Source: Escherichia phage vB_EcoM_PHB13
Length of the DNA: 64,000 nt
Sequence record: MK573636
Direction: 5' to 3' (one strand)
Part shown: positions 17,098 through 26,279 of the stretch, piece after piece
How positions within the stretch are numbered: position 1 is the stretch's first letter
Layout: each line of letters opens with the position of its first letter
Program-made: the position numbers and the translations under genes
The notes under the pieces: generated by a model
Seen by the model: the letters and a program-made list of their open reading frames with translations, nothing else
Told to the model about the DNA's origin: nothing
Database searches by the model: none

Positions 17098-17127
17098 TTG
17101 ACAGGGGGATCGGTGATCCCCTATAAT
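17098..17127 (+). promoter_or_regulatory. sigma70-like early promoter cassette
   Basis: TTGACA, 18-bp spacer GGGGGATCGGTGATCCCC, TATAAT. Confidence 0.6.
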
Positions 17128-17163
17128 GCAAACATACCGAAACGAACTACTAAGGAGTATCAA

Positions 17164-17376
17164 ATGGCTAACATCGAAATCATCATTACCGACGTAACTT
17201 ATGACCGCATTAACGAAATCGGTACTGCTTTGCTAGAAGATGGAACAACTCGCACCATCAACTACGCAGAATACGTTGAAATGCGCGGTTGTATTAAACG
17301 AGTAGGAAAATATATCCTGATTGAAAAAGACTATTCAGGATACACATTAGAGCAATTGCTCGATGGTGCATTATAA
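17164..17376 (+). CDS. hypothetical protein
   Basis: 70 aa; ORF track start 17095 lies in the promoter; ATG at 17164 after AAGGAG. Confidence 0.5.
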   Translation: MANIEIIITDVTYDRINEIGTALLEDGTTRTINYAEYVEMRGCIKRVGKYILIEKDYSGYTLEQLLDGAL

Positions 17377-17382
17377 TAAATT

Positions 17383-17403
17383 GGGGCGTTAAGCCCCCTT
17401 TTC
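17383..17403 (+). terminator. rho-independent terminator
   Basis: GGGGCGTTAAGCCCC hairpin followed by CTTTTC. Confidence 0.5.
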
Positions 17404-17410
17404 ATAAATA
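17403..17410 (+). promoter_or_regulatory. possible T4-type late promoter variant for alt
   Basis: CATAAATA (7 of 8 match to TATAAATA) about 33 nt upstream of the alt ATG. Confidence 0.3.
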
Positions 17411-17443
17411 TAGGTTTATAGGTTATCAACTAGAGGATATAAA

Positions 17444-19495
17444 ATGTTTAACTTAGAAATCGACGATCTAATGATTGAATCTTTCGAGAAATGGCTGTTG
17501 ACGGAAGAGGAAGAAAACTTTGGCAGTATTGCTCCGGTACAGTGCTTAAAGCCTAAGCAGAATCCTAAACAGCTTTTTGCAGTACAGACACGCGATAAAG
17601 ATGTGATTGTCCGTCTTTGTAACTTCACCAACAAAACACCTAAAATCATTCGTATGGGTGACAAGACCGCACATGTTGTACTGTGCGAAATGAACAAAAG
17701 CGGTCGTATTGTACAGCTTAAAAATGGTCTAGGCGATAACCCGATTGCAGTTATGGCAAGTGCTTTTGATGTGGTTATGGAAACAGCCCGTAAAGCGCAA
17801 TTAGACGCTGTTATGTTCCGTTTTAACGTATCCCGCATGAAAGGTAAGACCGAACTGGTTAAGCGCGTTATAGAGCGTTTGGTGCGTCGTACACCGAAGT
17901 TTGAAGTATTCCAGCAGGAAGTAATGACCAGCAAAAAGATCGCTTTAGTTGTTGTCAAGCGTCGAGGTATGGCGATTGATAAGATTAAAGGGATTAAACT
18001 TGATGAATCCTTGTTCACTAAAGTAGAAAGTGATTTAGGTGATCGCTGGGTATCTAAAGCTACTGGCGAATCTCTGACTAAAGATGAAGCATATGCGGCT
18101 AGTCTTGTGTCAGAAGAAGAACGAAACGCGGAAGCAGAACAACGCGTAGCGGCTAAATCTCGTTTGACTAAAGAAGAAATGCTGAAAACTCAAGCGACCT
18201 ATAACAGCGACTATGTGAATCATCCAGAAAAAATTAATCTTAAACCGGAAGAAGATATCACCGAAGCAGAACCTAAGAAACAGTTTAATACTCTGATTGA
18301 CCGTCAAGCCTTAGAACGTTCAACCGCCCGTTCTCTGAATGACTGGACAAGTGATATTATCACTCGCTATGGTTTCATGCGTACTATTTTTGAAAGCGAA
18401 GCCGATGCAAAATACGCAGTAAGCGAACTGGTAAAAGTTCAGGACCAATATGATCCGTTGTCTGCGGAAGTTATCGCAGCATCAATCAAACGCTTAAAAG
18501 AAATCATGAGCGAGGAAGTATTCGAAAACAAGATCACTGCGTTGGCAATGGATCGAGTAGACCAGTCTATGCCAGCAGATGTAAAAGCTGAAATGCTGCG
18601 TAGTCATATCACACAGATTAAAACCGATGCCCTTCGTAATGTTGCCTCCGGTATGTTTGAAGCAATTGCAAGTAACATGGGTGAAATGATGGCAGATATT
18701 GATCTTGACCTACCAGGCGCGGAAGGTTTTGTGTTGAGCGAATATGCGGATGCAGCATACATCAATATGAACAACTTCCTAACCGATCGTAAGCTGGATG
18801 AGTTCGAAGGGATCGCTGACCCAGAAGAATTGGTCAAGATGTGCGACGCACTGGATAATGCCTTCGCTAACTATGGCGTTAAACTTGATCCGGGTACTAT
18901 TCTGTATCGTGGTATGGACTTCCGGTCTCAAATGTGGGAAACTGCACGTAAGCAAAAAGCGTTTTACTTTAAAAACTATGTGAGCACTTCCCTTGCACCT
19001 AACATTTTTGGCGGCTGGAATGCAAACGTGGCTAGTGCCGTTGCTGGTGTTGATTCTATGGCTGGCTCTCGCGGTGAAGGTGGCGCGAATGTTGCTTTCT
19101 CCATTGCTGGCGCGGAAAACATCCCTGTATTGCCAGTAGGTAACAAAGCATTTGCTTACAAAGAATGCGAGATTTTACTTCCTCGCGGTGTTGTGTTATC
19201 CTTTGATACGGTAACTCGTGCTACGGCATCGACGGATTCACAAGAAACATATTACATTGAGGCACATATTATGAACAAAAGTGAACTGGCAGCATTACAA
19301 GAATCTGGCGAAATGATCGCGGATGGTGATGCATTCATCCGTGAAGGTGTTGTTAAACCTGCTTCTGACCTGTCTTTCTCCAGATTCATTACAGAAGCTA
19401 AAACCGAACGTAAGAAAGCAGATAAGGCAACTCTACGTCAGCTTATCGCTGATCTGGTGTCTGTAGACGCAATGCCAGATAAATTTAAAATGTAA
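17444..19495 (+). CDS. alt: ADP-ribosyltransferase Alt
   Basis: 683 aa (T4 Alt is about 682); C-terminal ART triad LYRGM / YVSTSL / ECEILLPRG; position between gene 30 region and gene 54 as in T4. Confidence 0.75.
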   Translation: MFNLEIDDLMIESFEKWLLTEEEENFGSIAPVQCLKPKQNPKQLFAVQTRDKDVIVRLCNFTNKTPKIIRMGDKTAHVVLCEMNKSGRIVQLKNGLGDNPIAVMASAFDVVMETARKAQLDAVMFRFNVSRMKGKTELVKRVIERLVRRTPKFEVFQQEVMTSKKIALVVVKRRGMAIDKIKGIKLDESLFTKVESDLGDRWVSKATGESLTKDEAYAASLVSEEERNAEAEQRVAAKSRLTKEEMLKTQATYNSDYVNHPEKINLKPEEDITEAEPKKQFNTLIDRQALERSTARSLNDWTSDIITRYGFMRTIFESEADAKYAVSELVKVQDQYDPLSAEVIAASIKRLKEIMSEEVFENKITALAMDRVDQSMPADVKAEMLRSHITQIKTDALRNVASGMFEAIASNMGEMMADIDLDLPGAEGFVLSEYADAAYINMNNFLTDRKLDEFEGIADPEELVKMCDALDNAFANYGVKLDPGTILYRGMDFRSQMWETARKQKAFYFKNYVSTSLAPNIFGGWNANVASAVAGVDSMAGSRGEGGANVAFSIAGAENIPVLPVGNKAFAYKECEILLPRGVVLSFDTVTRATASTDSQETYYIEAHIMNKSELAALQESGEMIADGDAFIREGVVKPASDLSFSRFITEAKTERKKADKATLRQLIADLVSVDAMPDKFKM

Positions 19496-19512
19496 TTTTT
19501 AAGAAATAATGG

Positions 19513-19550
19513 TTGACTCAAACGGGGACTAGTTTTATACTAGCCCCGTT
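19513..19550 (+). promoter_or_regulatory. sigma70-like promoter overlapping a terminator-like hairpin
   Basis: TTGACT, 17-bp spacer, TATACT embedded in ACGGGGACTAG / CTAGCCCCGT hairpin followed by TTTTCTGTT. Confidence 0.45.
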
Positions 19551-19573
19551 TTCTGTTATATGGGAGGTTTAAA

Positions 19574-20398
19574 ATGTTCAAGAAATTACAGGATTTTCGT
19601 CTTTCAGAAGAATCACGCGAATCAATGATGGAACGTATGGATAATTACATCGAAACATATGACATTGAGGGGATTAATGGTTACATGATCACTGAGATGA
19701 TCAGCGATCAGATTAACTTTGATGATTATGTGAAGGTTATCCGCTTCCTTGAGCGTGAGACACAAGATTATGGATTTGTCAAGAAAATCATTAATGTGAT
19801 GTATGAAGTACACTCCGAAGACTTTGGAGATAATGTATTCAAACATTACAAACATAACAACATAACCCCAGCAGAATATAATGCAATCTGTGATTATGTG
19901 TCTGAACAATACGAATGGGTAAATGGTGCTCTCTTAGGGGAAGAAGACATGACCGATGAGATATCAGAGATTGTTGATTTGATGGATTGCGCCATGGATA
20001 AAACCGAAAAGTTAAACGGTACTCTTTATCGCGGTCAACATCTTGACATTCAGACAATAGAGCGTATTATTGAAGATAAGGAATTTACCTTTAAAAACTT
20101 TGTGTCAACCAGCATGACACCGATCATCTTTGGAGGCTGGCTATCAAACAGCACTAGCCTTTATTGTGAGAATCGATATGAATCCATGACCGGAAAGATG
20201 CAACATTCTTGTAATGTATCGTGGGTAATTGACGTAAAAGATCATAAAGGTTTTGTTGTTGGGTCAATTGCATGGAATCCTTGCGAATGTGAAGTAATTT
20301 TACCGCGCGGGACTTGCGTCAAGGTAAACGACGTAGTAGAATCTTTCGGTGATGAGAATCGTAGACAATTTACAATTTTCGGTGAGGTGACTAAATGA
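19574..20398 (+). CDS. ADP-ribosyltransferase, short Alt paralog
   Basis: 274 aa; LYRGQ / FVSTSMTPIIFGGW / CECEVILPRG parallel the Alt catalytic motifs. Confidence 0.6.
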   Translation: MFKKLQDFRLSEESRESMMERMDNYIETYDIEGINGYMITEMISDQINFDDYVKVIRFLERETQDYGFVKKIINVMYEVHSEDFGDNVFKHYKHNNITPAEYNAICDYVSEQYEWVNGALLGEEDMTDEISEIVDLMDCAMDKTEKLNGTLYRGQHLDIQTIERIIEDKEFTFKNFVSTSMTPIIFGGWLSNSTSLYCENRYESMTGKMQHSCNVSWVIDVKDHKGFVVGSIAWNPCECEVILPRGTCVKVNDVVESFGDENRRQFTIFGEVTK

Positions 20399-20907
20399 AA
20401 ATGATTAAACTGATTGGTCTTGCGGCTTTAGTGGCTATGCTTAATGGGTGCGCTGTGCATGATCTGGCACTTGCATCTAAGAATACACACGAGTTTGTAC
20501 GGTCATGTGAACGATGGCAGAAAGAGTCACGTTTTCCATTTAATAGCGTTGAAGATTGCGTGATTGACTACCTTGAAAAGAAAGACGCCTCATTACAGCG
20601 TTTAGGTCGTCAACCGGAATCAGCAGAACAGATCGCAAAGATTAAGGCAGATAAAGAAGCAGAGAAGAAACGCATTTACGAATATTATTATGGTCATGAA
20701 AATTCAATTGAAGAAATGAATCGCAAAGCAATGGAAGATGCCGACCGTCGTAGAAAATTTGGAGTATGTGTAATCGGGACGGAAGCAGCATATCAAGATG
20801 ATCTTTCGGCTGCATATGAGGAAGGGGATTATGAAAAACTTCAATTGCTACAATCAAAACAGTATCGCTATAAACTACGCAAACAATGTGATGATTTAAT
20901 CAAATAA
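20395..20907 (+). CDS. predicted lipoprotein
   Basis: Signal peptide MKMIKLIGLAALVAMLNG followed by lipobox Cys (LNGC). Confidence 0.55.
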   Translation: MKMIKLIGLAALVAMLNGCAVHDLALASKNTHEFVRSCERWQKESRFPFNSVEDCVIDYLEKKDASLQRLGRQPESAEQIAKIKADKEAEKKRIYEYYYGHENSIEEMNRKAMEDADRRRKFGVCVIGTEAAYQDDLSAAYEEGDYEKLQLLQSKQYRYKLRKQCDDLIK

Positions 20908-20909
20908 AA

Positions 20910-20935
20910 GGCGGGGATTATCCCCGCCTTTCGCT
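20910..20935. terminator. bidirectional rho-independent terminator
   Basis: GGCGGGGATTATCCCCGCC hairpin with T-runs on both strands; lies between convergent lipoprotein gene and gene 54. Confidence 0.6.
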
Positions 20936-20937
20936 TA

Positions 20938-21870
20938 TCAGAACCAGTTAGTGACAGTATTCACCACACGCCCACCAACGCCATTTAGACGCGATAAAGC
21001 ATTACCAGCAGCAGATAACCCACTATCAAGTAAATTATTGCCGAACGTGTTTGTTATTGCGTTTATTGCCTTATCCTCAATCCATTCTCGCGCGGCTTGC
21101 TCTCCTACAGCACCAGTTTGCATAGAACGATATGCGAAAGTAACATCGAATGTTGTGATTTCGTTGTTGTTTTCATAGTTTAATTCCGGTGCACTCACAC
21201 CAACAGGAACACAACCATTAAACATCATGATCGTGTGAGGAACTCCCATTCGGTTATGTAAGTTGACCTGAATATCTGCTTCAACGTCAACAGGAAGCGC
21301 ACGAAGCCCTGTAACGGGGTCTTCTACTGAGTTAACCCAATCCTGCATTGCTCGATAGTTTGATGCGCTAGAGTCCATTCTAAAGCTCAATACAAGCGGA
21401 TCGAAATCACGTCCGGTAATTCGAATGTTTGGCGCATTGTGGTTACGGTCCATTTCATAATTCAATCTGTTTTCTGGAACCTTAACAGCATACACCAGAA
21501 GACCGCTTGTCTTATATGCCATATTGAACCAGTCAAGCGCATATGTACCAACATCAAATTGCCCCAGAAGAGATTGAACTACGCGGGATGACATTGCACC
21601 TAAAAGATACTTTTTGACACCAGATGAATCAACAGCACGCCTAACACCCTGTACAGCAAGATTTGTTAATGCGTCAGTATAATCACCACGAGTAATCCCG
21701 AAATAGTCATTTAATGCATTTGGTATAATATCATATACCGCACCGCCCATACTTTCTAGGATCGCTTGTGTCTTATTACTTGGAGTGGTGGCAAATGCCA
21801 CGCTGAATAAGTTAGATCGCTGAAAGTCAAGGTTAGCGGCTTGTTCGTTAAAGTCATTTAAATCAAACAT
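20938..21870 (-). CDS. 54: baseplate tail-tube initiator
   Basis: 310 aa (T4 gp54 about 320); synteny alt - 54 - 48 - 29. Confidence 0.6.
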   Translation of the reverse strand: MFDLNDFNEQAANLDFQRSNLFSVAFATTPSNKTQAILESMGGAVYDIIPNALNDYFGITRGDYTDALTNLAVQGVRRAVDSSGVKKYLLGAMSSRVVQSLLGQFDVGTYALDWFNMAYKTSGLLVYAVKVPENRLNYEMDRNHNAPNIRITGRDFDPLVLSFRMDSSASNYRAMQDWVNSVEDPVTGLRALPVDVEADIQVNLHNRMGVPHTIMMFNGCVPVGVSAPELNYENNNEITTFDVTFAYRSMQTGAVGEQAAREWIEDKAINAITNTFGNNLLDSGLSAAGNALSRLNGVGGRVVNTVTNWF

Positions 21871-22928
21871 TATGCCGCACTCCCAAATATAGTACCACGG
21901 GAAAGTGTCAAGATCTCTCTAAATGATACTTCCAGAACAAAGGTACTCGGCAAGTTAGGAGAAATAGCAAGGCCATTAAACTTACCATCAGGCGACTTGT
22001 CCAGACGTACACTTGAGATCTGAGCGGGACCAAATGCATCGCTACGCCCTTCAAACGATGTACGCTTACCGAAGTTAGAGATCATCCATATTGTCGGGTT
22101 AGATACAGTAATTGCGTTTGATAGAAAATCGGTGATCCCTTCAAACAGAGTATCATTTCTCTTCGCTTCCTCTGGGGTGGATTTTCTCAATAGTGTATTT
22201 TTATACCACGCATCAACTTCCGCTTTTAGTTCTTTTGCGGTGCTTGAAATACCACTAGATCCATAAGACAATTCTAAAAACGTTTCGTATATGATCAGAA
22301 TATTGCGAAGGTCTTCAATACTACGTGGGGTTAAATGCCATACATAGTTTTTAGTTCGTGCGTCAGCACCCGCATACATGCTTCGTGCAGTATTATAAAT
22401 CTGTTCACCGTGATCGGCAAGGTATCCACCAGTAATACTTTCGATACCACCAAAAACGGCAGTAGATGCCATATTAGAAAGAGCACCGCCTAAAGTACCA
22501 CCGCCGCGAGAAATGACAGATTCACCAACATCATTAAACTTATGGCTAGCAGCGTCAACGTCAGATTGACTACGAGGAAGAAGAATATTAGCAATTGCCT
22601 CTCGGTCAAATGCAGCATTTCTCCCACCCAAATTTAAATCAAAACCAGCGATATTAACGCTACCACCAAAACCACTAGCAACATTTTTCTTTTTCCTGAA
22701 ATCACGCAACGATCCGGTAGTACGAGATGTATAATCGTATGCAGTGAATAACAGACCATTATTATATAAGTCGTTGATATAATAACCGCTAGCATCATTA
22801 CCGCTAGCACGTTCAGCGGGGAATTGAGCGGTTAATGTTTTCCCTTTATTTTTTGAGGTAAAACCAGCGGAGGTTTTAACCCCCGCTTTAAAGCTATCAA
22901 CGGCATCATTGATAACACTAATTTTCAT
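21870..22928 (-). CDS. 48: baseplate tail-tube cap
   Basis: 352 aa (T4 gp48 about 364); synteny. Confidence 0.6.
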   Translation of the reverse strand: MKISVINDAVDSFKAGVKTSAGFTSKNKGKTLTAQFPAERASGNDASGYYINDLYNNGLLFTAYDYTSRTTGSLRDFRKKKNVASGFGGSVNIAGFDLNLGGRNAAFDREAIANILLPRSQSDVDAASHKFNDVGESVISRGGGTLGGALSNMASTAVFGGIESITGGYLADHGEQIYNTARSMYAGADARTKNYVWHLTPRSIEDLRNILIIYETFLELSYGSSGISSTAKELKAEVDAWYKNTLLRKSTPEEAKRNDTLFEGITDFLSNAITVSNPTIWMISNFGKRTSFEGRSDAFGPAQISSVRLDKSPDGKFNGLAISPNLPSTFVLEVSFREILTLSRGTIFGSAA

Positions 22929-24655
22929 TAAAAGTTCCCCATATTAATTGTACCGGGGGCATCAATTCTAGTTGTTGGTGCACCCTGTTTAATAGTTCTA
23001 TTGTTTGTTACAATTTGTGTATTATTTACGTTTGAGGTCTGATTTGTCGTTTGTTGCTGGATTGCAGCTTGTTTCTGCATTTGTTCAGTACGTTCCGCTT
23101 GTTTTGCTGTTTCCGTTTCAGTTGCAGGAACAGGATTAGTTGGAACCACACCATTAGTTTTATCAGCATACATCTCATCAAATTTTTCAATAAGACGCTC
23201 TAACTGAGAACGATCACTTTCAACTAATGTAGGATCTTGAACTTGCTCACGGTAAACATCAATATCCTTTTTCAACTCTACCATTCTTTCTTTGTCATAG
23301 TCACCGCTCAAATTCTCCATAACTTCATTAATATTATTGATCGCACCCTCGCTTTTAATTCTAAGTTTACGACTAGCAGATCGTTGTTCAGCAGAAACAG
23401 ACTTGTATTCCCCTCGTTTTAATTCTTCTTGTCGTTTCTCTGCGTCAACATCCTTTTGATCTCTCCAGCCCAGACTAACAAGACCTTCATTAAATTTATC
23501 TTTAATAGATTCGCCTATGGCCTCGCCAATATCACGGGCTTTTCCTGTCCATCCTGTGCGCTCTCCATATTTGTCTTCTTCGTGTTCAGACTCGACCTTA
23601 TCCATTAATTCGAGTTCTCTGTCATTTGGCTTATAGCCTTTAGCAACAGCAGACTTTAAAGCACCGTATTCTAAATTATCGGCATAATCACCCATACCAG
23701 GGATCATGCGAAGAATTTTAGCAATACCAGTAGTGATAATTCGATCAAGTTGGATAAAGGTTTTATAGAATGCATCACCAATACCCATAACCAGCGATTT
23801 AATTAATTCTTTATATTCTCCTTTAGACCAATAATCTCGAACCTGACGAACAGTAGTTAAAATATCGCTAATAGGACCAGCCCATCCTCCGGCCTTATCC
23901 ATAAATTCATTGAATTTTGTTTCGAATAAATCACTCCAATATCTGAAATGAACCATCAGGGTATCAATAACAAAAACAATACCCAGCAAAATAGCACCCC
24001 ATTTTGCGGCTTCTGCCATTGCGGTTAAGGTGATCTTAAATAACATCCCTAAGACCTTATTAGAGATTCCTATGGTTTCTTTAAATCCACCACGAACAAC
24101 TTTAATAAGATTTTCCATAGAGTCTTTATCTAACTCTTTCCTTTTCTTCTTTTTGTCTTCCTGTTCAGGTTTCCTCTTAGGGAGATTCTGATAATTGTCG
24201 TTGTTAGGTTGTTCAGGGACAGTAGGCAAAACTGGCTGAGGTGATGGCATTGTTTGCGGTTGTTCCGGTTTTTTCAGTGCTTCTTCAATCGCACCAATAC
24301 CGCTAGCCATTTTACTGACAACACCAAATCTACGTTCCATCATAACACCAAAACCACGTAATTTCTCATTCATCTGAGAAGAGAAATTATTGAGTTTTTG
24401 CAATTCTTCATAAGTTTTTTGGGTATTGCCAGCGGTAGATTGTGTATTTTCTGCCGTCAATTCATTGGCTGCGGTGTTATCCTCTACCGCACCAACAACT
24501 TCATTAGATTTTTGTTCCACTGTCTCCGCCACCAATTCGGTAGCGGCTTGCAAATTATCAATAGAATCAAGTTTATCTAATTTGTTAAGTTTATCAATCG
24601 GGTTTTCTTCCGCTTCCTTGCGCATCCCGCGAAATGATGTTAATGCGTCATTCAT
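22928..24655 (-). CDS. 29: tail length determinator / baseplate hub protein
   Basis: 575 aa (T4 gp29 about 590); synteny. Confidence 0.6.
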   Translation of the reverse strand: MNDALTSFRGMRKEAEENPIDKLNKLDKLDSIDNLQAATELVAETVEQKSNEVVGAVEDNTAANELTAENTQSTAGNTQKTYEELQKLNNFSSQMNEKLRGFGVMMERRFGVVSKMASGIGAIEEALKKPEQPQTMPSPQPVLPTVPEQPNNDNYQNLPKRKPEQEDKKKKRKELDKDSMENLIKVVRGGFKETIGISNKVLGMLFKITLTAMAEAAKWGAILLGIVFVIDTLMVHFRYWSDLFETKFNEFMDKAGGWAGPISDILTTVRQVRDYWSKGEYKELIKSLVMGIGDAFYKTFIQLDRIITTGIAKILRMIPGMGDYADNLEYGALKSAVAKGYKPNDRELELMDKVESEHEEDKYGERTGWTGKARDIGEAIGESIKDKFNEGLVSLGWRDQKDVDAEKRQEELKRGEYKSVSAEQRSASRKLRIKSEGAINNINEVMENLSGDYDKERMVELKKDIDVYREQVQDPTLVESDRSQLERLIEKFDEMYADKTNGVVPTNPVPATETETAKQAERTEQMQKQAAIQQQTTNQTSNVNNTQIVTNNRTIKQGAPTTRIDAPGTINMGNF

Positions 24656-25170
24656 GATAGGCGATCCAATATGTTAATTCCACCATAGATAGTACCTTCC
24701 GGTGTATCCAGTGCAATAGTTTTTCTTAATCCTGTAGCCCAATCCATAATAAAAGCTGGGAAATCATGGAAGTCTACGCTAGGATCGTGATAATGATGAC
24801 TCAAGAAATCAGCGTCATCGATAATGGGGTCAGAAGTATACATTGGATTTTTAAATTTAAAGACTTTACCATTTAAAGTAAATTCAGTCTCTGTACAAAT
24901 ATACACATCAGACAGCTTAAGACCATCTTTTTCTTCCAGACACTTACCATTAAACGCACAAAGGTTAAGCATAACCAATTCAGACTCGGCAGCGTTTAAC
25001 CCAGGACAGATTGAATCAAGAAGAATCTTTAATGTTTCATCACAGCTACGAACATCTTTTAATAATCGATGTTGCTTAATCCCCATTTTTGGGATCTTAA
25101 TATGTTTCCCGTTTATCTCTAATTTTTTTACAGGAACAACAAATTTTAACATAGGTTTAGTTTCTGTCAT
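24652..25170 (-). CDS. 28: baseplate hub distal subunit
   Basis: 172 aa (T4 gp28 about 177); synteny. Confidence 0.55.
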   Translation of the reverse strand: MTETKPMLKFVVPVKKLEINGKHIKIPKMGIKQHRLLKDVRSCDETLKILLDSICPGLNAAESELVMLNLCAFNGKCLEEKDGLKLSDVYICTETEFTLNGKVFKFKNPMYTSDPIIDDADFLSHHYHDPSVDFHDFPAFIMDWATGLRKTIALDTPEGTIYGGINILDRLS

Positions 25171-26279
25171 TATATCTTACCTTCAAATTTGACTTCCTGT
25201 AATTCTTCGCTGTTACCGATCATATACAGGTGAGTTAATGATTGCTCTCGGCTAATTTCATGCACAACTTCGTCAACAATAAAATCATTGCGTGCTTGTT
25301 GCTTCTCATCAAAGAATCGAATAACCATACCGGGGCGCAACGAAAAATTACCGTGACACACGGCGGTAGCATATGAATCATATTGTTCTATTGTGGCAAG
25401 TTTAGAACCTTCCAAAAACGCATTCTTATAAGTTAAATCGCCATAAGCGCCACCATGAGCAAAGTGTGCAATATTATCCCCATTACCAACAATAATTTTA
25501 TTATACTGCTTAGTAACAAAATCAATAGTTGTGTATGTCACATTGCTAAACGAATTTTTAACTTTAGCATTGCTCTTAGTCTGCCATTCGAAATTAAAAA
25601 CCATCAGATTAGGCGACATATCAATAAATTGCCCCATGAGTCTAGGCTCACAGATTATAGCTGGTATTGGCTCATTTTTTAGTATTGTATCGTGTCCAGC
25701 GATCGTTATACCATCAAAATCTTCCCAGCAATACACGAAAGACTCTGTTTCTACGCTTTGCCCGTATGCCCTCACAAAATCCATATAGTCATTTATGGTA
25801 CTAACCCACGGACAACGAGGAATAACAACGTTATCACCCTTTATAGTAGGTTTCCATAAAGGAACTTCCTTATAGATGGCATCAATCATGCTAGTTACGT
25901 TATTAACCGCGTTATTTGTCAATGAGCGAGAAAATTTAAGGTTTAATGTTTCGTGATAGCTCTTTAACTGGAATGTTAAAATATTGTCGGATTTTTGGTC
26001 AATTGTTACATTACTATGAGAGATCCCATAGATTCGGTTAAACACTTCATCTGTATTAGCAGTGGATAGCGAAATCTGAATGATCTCTCTCCCGTTTAAT
26101 TTTGTATGCATCGCCTTATTATCATAGAATTGCAACAATCCTTCATTCACCCCACGAATCGAATCACGCAGAGTCATTGTAACAAAGGTAGCACCCAACT
26201 CTATAAAGCGATGATTTAGAAATGCCTCATAATCCTGATAAAGTTTTATTGAGACATTAGGAAACCCCGTTCTTTGCAT
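25170..26279 (-). CDS. 27: baseplate hub subunit
   Basis: 369 aa (T4 gp27 about 391); synteny. Confidence 0.6.
   Translation of the reverse strand: MQRTGFPNVSIKLYQDYEAFLNHRFIELGATFVTMTLRDSIRGVNEGLLQFYDNKAMHTKLNGREIIQISLSTANTDEVFNRIYGISHSNVTIDQKSDNILTFQLKSYHETLNLKFSRSLTNNAVNNVTSMIDAIYKEVPLWKPTIKGDNVVIPRCPWVSTINDYMDFVRAYGQSVETESFVYCWEDFDGITIAGHDTILKNEPIPAIICEPRLMGQFIDMSPNLMVFNFEWQTKSNAKVKNSFSNVTYTTIDFVTKQYNKIIVGNGDNIAHFAHGGAYGDLTYKNAFLEGSKLATIEQYDSYATAVCHGNFSLRPGMVIRFFDEKQQARNDFIVDEVVHEISREQSLTHLYMIGNSEELQEVKFEGKI

Larger units (their letters stand above)
309..17170 (+). repeat. dispersed family of about 15 promoter/leader cassettes resembling PeSL elements of T4-type phages
   Basis: Recurring 70-90 bp module: A-tract, (G)TTGACA, 16-18 bp spacer with GC-rich inverted repeat, TATAAT / TAAGAT / CATAAT, leader ACACACATACCGAAACGAA or CATCGAAACGAGATAC, AGGAGAATCAAA, ATG. 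Confidence 0.7.

Noticed and set aside
9910-17170. Regularly recurring 70-90 bp repeats that might suggest a CRISPR array
   Set aside because: The repeat units differ in sequence, are separated by 200-700 bp protein-coding ORFs, not short spacers, and each contains -35/-10 promoter elements and a ribosome-binding site. They are promoter cassettes.
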